From: Peptococcaceae bacterium
Lineage (GTDB): Bacteria > Bacillota > Peptococcia > Peptococcales > Peptococcaceae
DNA: 64,000 nucleotides
Assembly (NCBI GenBank): GCA_036303105.1
Contig: JAXJBF010000135.1
Location: 192 to 64,191 of the forward strand
Direction of reading: 5' to 3'
The position numbers and the translations under genes are program-made. Below the pieces are notes generated by a model that searched no databases, was not told the DNA's origin, and saw nothing but the letters and a program-made list of their open reading frames with translations. This document shows positions 56,413-64,000 of the stretch, in pieces (position 1 is the stretch's first letter; each line of letters starts with the position of its first letter).

Positions 56413-56441
56413 ATTGTAGCGAATCCACCCGCCCCGTGCAA
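56413..56441 (-). promoter_or_regulatory. Candidate promoter of the ECF-S/coaX/rnz operon
   Basis: Minus strand reads TTGCAC-17 nt-TACAAT. Confidence 0.4.
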
Positions 56442-56520
56442 GTCGAAAAATGCCCGAAAAGGCATTTATTCACGACCGAAAACGAAGGCACCGTTAACAC
56501 ATGAAACCATTTCGCTAACC

Positions 56521-56606
56521 GATTCACCAACTAATTTTTCAATTCACCAACTGATTCACCAACTAATTTTTCAATTCACCAACTGATTCACCAACTAATT
56601 TTTCAG
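56521..56606. repeat. Tandem 32-bp repeat x2.7 (five copies of TTCACCAACT)
   Basis: GATTCACCAACTAATTTTTCAATTCACCAACT at 56521 and 56553, with a partial third copy from 56585 that contains the stop codon of gene 56595..58340. Confidence 0.95.
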
Positions 56607-58340
56607 TTGATATATAAAACTTCTTCCTTTTCTAACCTTTTCAATCAATCCTGCTTCAATCAACCGTTTCGTCGCTTTAGACGCACCAGCAGATGTTTTT
56701 ATTCTGGTAATAGAACAAATCTGGGCCGCTGTAATAAACCCATTTACCTTAATGTAATCATAGATGATTTGATCTGTTTCATTTTTTAGAGCAGGCGCCT
56801 CATGAGAGATTGTGTAAATATCTATCTGTTGATTCTGCGCACCATAATCACGATTTAAATAATAACTTGTCCAGCGTCCCTTTTTATTGACCACAAGCAT
56901 CTCTTTATCAACCAGCACAGAAAGGAGATGACCGATGTCCACACTGTGCAATTCTAACATTGATTGCAGGCGGCTATTCGTTACGCCATTTTCCAAATAT
57001 GCAGTTCCAAGAATAATCTGTTCTTCCCGATTTAACTGCAAGTAGGTTGAACCAAATAAACGTTGCAGGTATTCTGAACATTCCTCAGGCATCAGAGAAA
57101 TTGTCCATAATCGCAATTCAACCTGATGCAAATTTTCATTCTGACTCAAATCGGGTTTTCTCCAATTTTCTGTTGCCCACGCATTTAAAATGGTTGGAAA
57201 ACCTGAGCCAATATTATCTCCTAAACCAATCATTCGAAACATCGTTTGTATGCGAGGATTTCTAGCCAAAGAATGTCCACCTTCGTAAATGTCCCGCACT
57301 AGAAGCTTTAAATGGCCAGGATTGGAAAACAAAAAACCTTTATCTGACTTTATCACCTTAAGCACGCCCGTAATTAAATAATCACTATGAATCACCATAT
57401 TTATAAGAGCTTCTCTGATTGCCTTATGAACCATAGTATCATCTATACGCACCATGCCAGTCAATTGAAAAGGACGCTTAATATCTCTCACCAATTTTGG
57501 CATAATCCGACGCACAAAATTATAAAGATTGTTTTCCCATTGACCGTCATACGTAAGTCGATCACTCCAACGTGCACCAGATGAAAGATTGCTTTCATCT
57601 ATATAGTCCATCCGAATATTATCAAACCGTTCTCGAACAGCAATGCCTTTACCAAACATCAACAAACCTGCAGCAGTTAACCATGCTTTGCCTGTACTGC
57701 GATCAATCGCATATCCACCCATATTTTTAAGGAACTCCTGATCTTCAATACTGTTCCAAATGTGCTCAGGATTTTGATGTTCAAATTCAATACGATATGC
57801 TCTTAATGAATCTCTATCGATATCTGCCATCGTGTAGCCATCTAACAAACCACCATCATTACCTGAATCACTGGCATCTCGAAACATGGCTTTAACTTCA
57901 TCTTCTGTGCAATGATAATCGCCCTCGTTATTGCGTTTAAAACTGCCTTTGATAGGATTGTTGTTAATATAGACTGGCCTGTATTTATAGCTCGCCCGTG
58001 GCACTTCAATCCACATAATCGTTTTCCCATCAATCTCACAAGAACCTACATTGCTATCAACTAAAATATTAACATTCACTTTTTCACTGTTAATCGTATT
58101 CCAAAAATCGGTAATGCGTTGATTGATATGTTCAATGTGTACAAAAGAAAATCGTTTTTTAGGATCTATTTCCCTCACATGCTCTTCAACCCCAAATAAA
58201 ATAATGCCGCCGTCTGTATTCGCAAAAGATGAGTAGGTCTCCCATACAGAGTTCGGTAATTTGCTTTCTGCTTTCTTGCATTCAAAATTAATTCTTTCAC
58301 CATACCTTAGCAAATCAAGAATATTTTCTTTGGTGACCAT
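56595..58340 (-). CDS. Schlafen/AlbA_2-like DNA-binding domain protein with HATPase-like and wHTH C-terminal regions
   Basis: N-terminus ERINFECKKAE..LPNSVWETYSSFANTDGGIILFGV. Low GC. Confidence 0.7.
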   Translation of the reverse strand: MVTKENILDLLRYGERINFECKKAESKLPNSVWETYSSFANTDGGIILFGVEEHVREIDPKKRFSFVHIEHINQRITDFWNTINSEKVNVNILVDSNVGSCEIDGKTIMWIEVPRASYKYRPVYINNNPIKGSFKRNNEGDYHCTEDEVKAMFRDASDSGNDGGLLDGYTMADIDRDSLRAYRIEFEHQNPEHIWNSIEDQEFLKNMGGYAIDRSTGKAWLTAAGLLMFGKGIAVRERFDNIRMDYIDESNLSSGARWSDRLTYDGQWENNLYNFVRRIMPKLVRDIKRPFQLTGMVRIDDTMVHKAIREALINMVIHSDYLITGVLKVIKSDKGFLFSNPGHLKLLVRDIYEGGHSLARNPRIQTMFRMIGLGDNIGSGFPTILNAWATENWRKPDLSQNENLHQVELRLWTISLMPEECSEYLQRLFGSTYLQLNREEQIILGTAYLENGVTNSRLQSMLELHSVDIGHLLSVLVDKEMLVVNKKGRWTSYYLNRDYGAQNQQIDIYTISHEAPALKNETDQIIYDYIKVNGFITAAQICSITRIKTSAGASKATKRLIEAGLIEKVRKGRSFIYQLKN

Positions 58341-58371
58341 GGATGGAGGCCCTCCTTTCTTATTCACAAGC

Positions 58372-58412
58372 AAAAAAACAGGGAATGACGGGCGCGGCCC
58401 ACTCATTCCCTG
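58372..58412 (-). terminator. Strong intrinsic terminator after the GNAT gene
   Basis: CAGGGAATGA/TCATTCCCTG followed by T7 on the minus strand. Confidence 0.8.
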
Positions 58413-58428
58413 CCATCTGTTCACTTAT

Positions 58429-59004
58429 TTACTGCTCGCTGCGTGCTTTCCAGCGAGAAACAATGGAGATTTTTTCGTATTCATCCTTGAGCAGCCCCAG
58501 CACCCACTGGTCCACGTACTCGCCGCCGGTGAAGATGTGGCTGCGCAGCTGTCCTTCCATGCGGAAGCCAAAATTCGACGCTGTGCGGATCGCCAGCTGG
58601 TTGTTGTCGTTGATGCGCATGTAGCAGCGATTGAAACCAAACTGATAAAATACAATGTCGCAGAGCACGATCATCAAATCAATGCCATACCAGCCCAGGC
58701 GACGTGATGTGTCGGCAATGCCCAGCGAAATGCGCGCGTGGCCATTCTGACGGTCGATGTCGCTGATAGACGCCACGCCGATCGGAATGTTTTTGTGTTT
58801 GGTGGAAACCAAAAAATTCACACGTTCCGCATGAGGATCGGAGATGTCGGCACCGTTGCGGATTTCTTCCATAATCATTTCCAGCGAGTTGCCGGTGTAG
58901 CCATCGTAAAGCTGACGGAATTCTTTATTCAGATACCACTTCTGGAGCACGTCTGCATCCTGAATTTGTGGTTTGGTTAAGACGACTTTTTTTCCAGAAA
59001 ACAT
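58429..59004 (-). CDS. GNAT-family N-acetyltransferase
   Basis: RimJ/RimL-like pattern. Start at MFSGKK after GAGGTGA. Confidence 0.8.
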   Translation of the reverse strand: MFSGKKVVLTKPQIQDADVLQKWYLNKEFRQLYDGYTGNSLEMIMEEIRNGADISDPHAERVNFLVSTKHKNIPIGVASISDIDRQNGHARISLGIADTSRRLGWYGIDLMIVLCDIVFYQFGFNRCYMRINDNNQLAIRTASNFGFRMEGQLRSHIFTGGEYVDQWVLGLLKDEYEKISIVSRWKARSEQ

Positions 59005-59075
59005 TCTCAATCACCTCGTCATTTTCTTACTAATATAATACCGATTAACTGGGAGAGGGTCAATGCTCAAATATG

Positions 59076-59106
59076 AAAAAAGCACCTGTCCCACCGGACA
59101 GGTGCT
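59076..59106 (-). terminator. Intrinsic terminator after the tRNA
   Basis: AGCACCTGTCC/GGACAGGTGCT followed by T6 on the minus strand. Confidence 0.75.
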
Positions 59107-59110
59107 AGAA

Positions 59111-59182
59111 CTGGGGTACTAGGATTCGAACCTAGGAATGCATGGGTCAGAGCCATGTGCCTTACCGCTTGGCGATACCCCA
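59111..59182 (-). tRNA. tRNA-Gln (anticodon CUG)
   Basis: Reverse complement is TGGGGTATCGCCAAGCGGTAAGGCACATGGCTCTGACCCATGCATTCCTAGGTTCGAATCCTAGTACCCCAG. Cloverleaf foldable and near-identical in layout to E. coli tRNA-Gln. CCA not encoded. Confidence 0.85.
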
Positions 59183-59243
59183 ACAACGCAAGAATTATTA
59201 TAGCGTAAGATGCGCGGGGACGCAAGCCTTTTTTACGAGATTT

Positions 59244-60245
59244 TTAACTTTTTTTCATCTTTTTCCGTGCGCGGCGTTCCAGCGCGCTCCAGAAGCAGCC
59301 CACCGCGATACAGAAAGCATCGCCGATGAGCACTTCCACTGGCAGCGGCAATCCACTGAGCGGCGCACTCCAATGCAGGCGGAAAAAGAGCATCTGAAAC
59401 AGATAGATCGTCCAGGTGGAGCGCCCAATCGTGCGCACCACGGTGTGCAGCTTGCCCGGCAGCTGCCGGTATTCGAAGAAATAGAAGGCGAACACCGCCA
59501 CGGCAATATAATAGAAGCTGGCGTACACATTGGTGTTGAGCCAGTAAGTCGTCAGCGGCCAGTCGAGGCCGTAAAATTCCAGCGCCGTGATATAGCCAAG
59601 GCTGAACACCGCCCCCAGCGCCACCAGCCACAGGCGCACGCGGCTGCGCCACAAATAGAAATACAGCCCAAAGGCCGCAATGAACAGATAGCGGATAAAG
59701 AGCAGGCGGTTCAGCGCCCGCGGAATGTCCAGCGCGCCCACGGCAAATTCATAGAGCATGTCCAATAAGAGCGCCGCCACAAGCGTCTGTGTCGGCCAGC
59801 GGCGCAAAAGCAGGTACAAGAGCGGCGCCAAAAGCAAAAACTGCCAGTAAATGCAGAAGAAATAGCCGCCGTGGCTGCCGCCATTGAGCCCGCCGCTGAT
59901 GTAAGCGTAGAGCAAATTTCCCAGCGAAAAACGCTCGCCCAGCCAGAGATTGGCCCCCAGCTCCACCACAAAGAGCAGCGTGTACGCCGGCAGAATACCG
60001 CCAAATTGCTTCTTCAGCTGCGCCGGTGCATAGAGCGCACCCAGCGTGTCCAGCCCGTGGCGTTCCGCCGACATGGCAAAATTATAGCTCGAAATAAACA
60101 TAAACAGCGGCATCCCCATCTGAATCACATAGATGAAGAGCGGAAAATCCTTTTCGCTGTACGTAAAAAAATGCGTCGTCACCACCAGCACAATGGCAAA
60201 CGCCTTGAGATAATCAATGATCGGAATGTAATGTTTCTGCGCCAT
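59244..60245 (-). CDS. Membrane acyltransferase-3 family protein
   Basis: IPIIDYLKAFAIVLVVTTHF, with about 10 TM segments. Confidence 0.8.
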   Translation of the reverse strand: MAQKHYIPIIDYLKAFAIVLVVTTHFFTYSEKDFPLFIYVIQMGMPLFMFISSYNFAMSAERHGLDTLGALYAPAQLKKQFGGILPAYTLLFVVELGANLWLGERFSLGNLLYAYISGGLNGGSHGGYFFCIYWQFLLLAPLLYLLLRRWPTQTLVAALLLDMLYEFAVGALDIPRALNRLLFIRYLFIAAFGLYFYLWRSRVRLWLVALGAVFSLGYITALEFYGLDWPLTTYWLNTNVYASFYYIAVAVFAFYFFEYRQLPGKLHTVVRTIGRSTWTIYLFQMLFFRLHWSAPLSGLPLPVEVLIGDAFCIAVGCFWSALERRARKKMKKS

Positions 60246-60407
60246 GACAGCCTCCCCGCAACACACAACGTTTTTTCACTACGATTATACAGCAGATTGC
60301 GGTGTTTGCCAAAGTTTTCCAAACTTTTTCGCATTCCGCCTATACGCCGACGCGCCGGTCGTGCTATAATCCCTATAGACGATAAAAGTTTGAAGGAGGC
60401 ATTTTTT

Positions 60408-60677
60408 ATGCAGCATACGACCAATACTCATATTATTTTTGCAGACAGCGCCGACGACGCCAAGGCACAGTTCCTCGCCCTGGGTGTAAAACCAGACGAA
60501 GATCCAAACGCTCAGCTCGACATCTGCAAATGCACCGAAGAAGAAGACTTCGACTTCGAATCCCCATTCAACCTCATCGGTGAAGTATCGCTGAGCCCTG
60601 AATACATGGAAAAGATCAACACCGATCCACAGCGCGCTTACGTGCTCTACTACATCGAAGAAACCGACAACGCATAA
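60408..60677 (+). CDS. Small acidic hypothetical protein
   Basis: 89 aa after GAAGGAGG. TATAAT at about 60365. The longer track ORF 59871.. is antisense read-through. Confidence 0.5.
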   Translation: MQHTTNTHIIFADSADDAKAQFLALGVKPDEDPNAQLDICKCTEEEDFDFESPFNLIGEVSLSPEYMEKINTDPQRAYVLYYIEETDNA

Positions 60678-60731
60678 GGATCATCCAGCGCCTGCCTTCG
60701 GGCAGGCTGTTTTTGTGAAAGGAGGTGCCAC

Positions 60732-61388
60732 ATGGACCCACTGGACCCACAATCACCGGACGAATACCAAAGCGTCGCCGCCTACGGCGAAGATGAATTC
60801 ATCATCGAAAAATCGCGCTTCATCGGCTACGCCCTGCCCGTCGCCACAGAGGACGAAGCCCGCGGCTTCATCAAAGAGCTGCGCGAGCTGCATCCCCAGG
60901 CCACCCACGTCTGCTCGGCCTGGATCATCGGCCGCGGCGGGCTCACCATGCGCTTCTCCGATGACGGCGAGCCTTCCGGCACCGCCGGCGTGCCCATGCT
61001 GGAAGTGCTGAAAAAAGAAGGCCTCACCGACGTCGTCGTTGGCGTCGTGCGCTACTTTGGCGGCGTCAAGCTCGGTGCCGGCGGCCTCATCCGCGCCTAC
61101 ACCCGCGGCGCCGTGGTCGGCCTCGAAGCCGCCCGCATCACCACCTGGACGCGCCACCGCGCCCTCACCCTCTCGGCCGACTACAGCTTCCAGGGCACCA
61201 TCAGTCACCAGCTCGAAAAAACCGACTGGCTCCTGGAAGACACCACCTACGACGACCGCGTCCACTACCGGCTCTACATCCCCGCCGACGAAGAAGACGC
61301 CGCCAGCGCCCAGATCGCCAACTGGACCAACGGCCGCGCCGATCTCGACTGGGGCGCCCTCTGCTACAAAGGACGCAAGCAAGCCTGA
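60732..61388 (+). CDS. yigZ: YigZ/IMPACT-family protein
   Basis: IEKSRFIGY..HVCSAW..DDGEPSGTAG.PML..VVRYFGG.KLG.GGL. Confidence 0.85.
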   Translation: MDPLDPQSPDEYQSVAAYGEDEFIIEKSRFIGYALPVATEDEARGFIKELRELHPQATHVCSAWIIGRGGLTMRFSDDGEPSGTAGVPMLEVLKKEGLTDVVVGVVRYFGGVKLGAGGLIRAYTRGAVVGLEAARITTWTRHRALTLSADYSFQGTISHQLEKTDWLLEDTTYDDRVHYRLYIPADEEDAASAQIANWTNGRADLDWGALCYKGRKQA

Positions 61389-61474
61389 ACCACCAACGCA
61401 GCCTTCGGCTCACTGCCGGGGCTGCTTTTTTCATGCCCGCAAAAAAACACGCGGCACAAAGCCGCGTGTCTCGA

Positions 61475-62434
61475 TCAGTTCATCGCCTCAAAGGCTTCCA
61501 GCGCGTTCAGCGCGATGACGTGCCGCTCATCGCCATTGGTGGCAATGAGATCGTTGCCGTCGATCTGCAGCTGGCAGCGCACAATCTCAAAGTTCATGTG
61601 ATACGTCGTGGTTGTCGGTGCATCACCCAGCGTTGTCGCATACAGCGTCGTTGGATCGTTGTCCGCGCTGTTCCAGCCGCCGGCGTTCATGTTGGCCGTC
61701 GTATACAGCCGCTCGCCGTCCACCGCAAAGCCGCCCGAGCCCGGCACATCGCAGAGATAAGTCAGCGTGCCGTCGTCCTCCACGCGAAACAGCGGAATCG
61801 GCTGATCAAACACACCCTCGCAGTTGATGCGCAGATAAATCACATCGTTGCACACCACCTGCGTCACCGGCTCAATCACCACCGACATGTCTGCCACGCC
61901 CTCCAGATCGAAGCCCTTCGGCAGCGCGGCCTTGTGAATGCCGTCCTCATCGGCTCGCAGCAGCTTGTCGCCAATCACATCATAAAGCGGCGCATCGTCG
62001 CAATACAGCCACACCACCCGCGTGGCGTTGTCCCAGTACACACTGCCGAACAGCTTGCCAAAATCGCGCACCGGCAGATACACATGACCATCCCGCTCCA
62101 GCGGCGCCGTCTTAAAGCGGCCCTTCTTGTCGTTGAAGGTGTAGCTGCGACTGCCCACCTCAAGCCAGAGATCCACGCCTTTTGTTTCATTGAAAATATG
62201 GATCTTGCCGTCGTCCTCCTTGGCCGTGAAGCCCAGCCCATCGCTCACCAGCCCCAGCGGCATCATCGTGCGCCCGCTGTCGCTGATGTACACAAAGCCC
62301 ATCTCCGACGAACCGCCGTAGCTCCCCTGATCGTTGATGCGAAAATACACCTGCTCCGATTCCGCCTGCGCCGCGCCCGGCCACAAAAACGCCGCCGCAC
62401 ACACCAGCACCACCAACACCATGCGCCACTTCAT
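61475..62434 (-). CDS. Secreted stalk-domain protein, paralogue of 22500..23432
   Basis: Same layout: signal peptide, GRTMMPLGLVSDGL, VYLPVRDF, WDNATRVV, and C-terminal LIATNGD. Confidence 0.7.
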   Translation of the reverse strand: MKWRMVLVVLVCAAAFLWPGAAQAESEQVYFRINDQGSYGGSSEMGFVYISDSGRTMMPLGLVSDGLGFTAKEDDGKIHIFNETKGVDLWLEVGSRSYTFNDKKGRFKTAPLERDGHVYLPVRDFGKLFGSVYWDNATRVVWLYCDDAPLYDVIGDKLLRADEDGIHKAALPKGFDLEGVADMSVVIEPVTQVVCNDVIYLRINCEGVFDQPIPLFRVEDDGTLTYLCDVPGSGGFAVDGERLYTTANMNAGGWNSADNDPTTLYATTLGDAPTTTTYHMNFEIVRCQLQIDGNDLIATNGDERHVIALNALEAFEAMN

Positions 62435-62668
62435 CGCACATCCCCATCCTTTCTCTGTCCCTGTGCATCCTTGTTATAAATCTATCATACCACCGCCGCC
62501 CGCAAAAAACTTGAATATTTTCTTAATATTTCGCAGCACCGCCCTGTTGATGCGTTTCAAAAGACCACCACCGTCAGCCTTTGCCACTTGACATAAAATC
62601 ATTGCAATTACTACAGGAATAGAGGATAATAAGGGAAATGGAATTTCTCAAAAAGGAGGCGACCCACG

Positions 62669-63778
62669 TTGCTTTTAGACTACGAACTTCCAACCCATGT
62701 CATACTCCAGAAAGATGCCCTGGCTGAACACGCCCAGCTCATCGCCGCCATGGGCCAGCACGCCATGCTGGTCATGGACGCCGGCCTTGACGATGCCCAC
62801 CCGGCAAAGCAGGAAATCCTCTTCTGTCTCGATTTTAACGATATTGAACGCACCATCTACCTGCACACCCGCAAAGTGGCGCCCGGCATCGCCAACCTCG
62901 AAGCCGGCGCAGCCCTCGCCCGCGAAAGCCAGGTGGATTTTGTCATCGCTGTTGGCTGTGATGCCACCCTCGAAGCCGGCAAAGGCATCGCCCTGCTGGC
63001 CGCGCAAAGCATCGACAACGCCACGCTGCTGCAAACCGACATCGCCCGTCCGCTGCCGATCGTCTGCATTCCAACAGAGCCAGGCAGCGGCACCGAAGTC
63101 ACCCCAGAGATCCACGTCGCCCAGAGCGGCCTCGATCGCCTCACCCTCGTGCGCAACCCGCTGGCCAGCCCTAAGCTGAGCCTGCTCGACCCGCGCTACA
63201 CCCTGCACATGCCGCGTGACATCGTCGTGTCCAACTACATCAAATCCCTCGGCCGCGCCGTCGAAGCCGTCACCTCGGAAAAAGCCAACCCGATCAGCGA
63301 CGCCATCGCCATCGCCGCCCTCGGCACCGCCAGCGAACTCGCTGACAAACTCAACGACCCTGAAACCGACATCGACGAGGACATCCACGAACAGCTCATG
63401 CTCGCCGCCAACCAGGCAGGCCTGGCCATTGCCGCCAGCGGCGCCAACCTCATGGAAGCCCTCGCTTCACCGCTGACCTACGTCAGCCCTGTGCACCTCG
63501 GCCAGGCCTACGGCCTCATTCTGCCGCCGGTGCTCTCCTACCTCATCGAACGGGCACCGCTGGTCAGCGACGTCATCATGCAGAGCCTCTACGTCAACAC
63601 CCTTGAAGACCTCGAGGACTGCCTCTGGAACCTCATCGGCGAAATCACGCCAATCACCCCCGATGACCTCGAACGCTGCGCCAATGCCGCAGCCGCCAAC
63701 CCCCTCATCAAAAACGGCGTCCTCTCCCTCGAGTTTAAGGAAATCGCCAGCTGCTACGCCCACCTCCTGGTCGAATAA
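62669..63778 (+). CDS. Iron-containing alcohol dehydrogenase family protein (divergent)
   Basis: VDFVIAVGCDATLEAGKGIA, IPTEPGSGTEV. TTG start after AAGGAGG. Confidence 0.7.
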   Translation: MLLDYELPTHVILQKDALAEHAQLIAAMGQHAMLVMDAGLDDAHPAKQEILFCLDFNDIERTIYLHTRKVAPGIANLEAGAALARESQVDFVIAVGCDATLEAGKGIALLAAQSIDNATLLQTDIARPLPIVCIPTEPGSGTEVTPEIHVAQSGLDRLTLVRNPLASPKLSLLDPRYTLHMPRDIVVSNYIKSLGRAVEAVTSEKANPISDAIAIAALGTASELADKLNDPETDIDEDIHEQLMLAANQAGLAIAASGANLMEALASPLTYVSPVHLGQAYGLILPPVLSYLIERAPLVSDVIMQSLYVNTLEDLEDCLWNLIGEITPITPDDLERCANAAAANPLIKNGVLSLEFKEIASCYAHLLVE

Positions 63779-64000
63779 CCACAGGCGGCGCAGCTCCACC
63801 ACAGCTTTATCCCTCAGCGCCCATGCATCTTTTGTCTGTCTTTGCATGGGCGCTATTTTTATGCCCATCAGCCCACGCTGTAACCATTTTCTTATTATTT
63901 TTCCACTTTTTCCGGACACATCGTCATCAATTCTGTGTTACACTATTCGTGTCCCAAGGTCAACGTGTTTTTTCCCCTTTTTCACAGCGACGGGACAACG

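Noticed and set aside
56521-56606. Possible CRISPR array
   Set aside because: The units are contiguous with no spacers, there are only 2.7 copies, and no cas genes are nearby. It is reported as a tandem repeat instead.
59871-60407. 5' two thirds of track ORF 59871..60677
   Set aside because: This part is antisense to the acyltransferase gene. Only the last 89 codons follow a promoter-like TATAAT and a GAAGGAGG RBS.
61433-62479. 348-aa + strand ORF, and 60753..61382 minus-strand ORF
   Set aside because: They are antisense to the stalk-domain paralogue and to yigZ respectively. Their composition is Arg/His/Ala-rich and implausible.

Overview
This is 64 kb from a high-GC (well above 50% by eye) Gram-positive anaerobe. 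AGGAGG-type RBSs, SLH and dockerin-type surface proteins, ECF S-components, and FMN and Mn2+ riboswitches fit a gut Clostridia-like genome; I cannot name the species. Nearly every long ORF antisense to a real gene is a GC-driven shadow. Housekeeping content: an ADH-ALDH-lyase operon, tungstate transporter tupABC, upp, glyA, a heterodimeric ABC exporter, dusB, two TerC genes behind a yybP-ykoY riboswitch, rnz, coaX, tRNA-Gln and yigZ. Accessory content: (1) 4.3-12.1 kb holds remnants of a mobilisable transposon (MobC, truncated relaxase fused to a serine-recombinase tail, TnpV) bracketing redox/flavin cargo. (2) 14.9-22.0 kb is a strikingly AT-rich island with no mobility genes. (3) 22.5-30.2 kb is a surface-protein cluster with a 1678-aa M60-like peptidase. 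(4) 40.1-45.5 kb is a lower-GC block. (5) 56.6-58.3 kb is a single low-GC Schlafen/AlbA_2-like gene flanked by a tandem repeat. Three loci deserve most attention. First, an FMN-riboswitch-headed operon joins a flavoprotein-ferredoxin fusion to a macrodomain/class-M-like sirtuin pair and a Cys-rich KTR protein, with no GcvH-L/LplA2 target genes. Second, a sirtuin paralogue carries a decayed macrodomain remnant and again has a flavoenzyme directly upstream. Third, an ACGX-repeat peptide plus radical SAM/SPASM maturase cluster lies in the same co-directional array. All calls come from reading the sequence and ORF translations; no searches were run.
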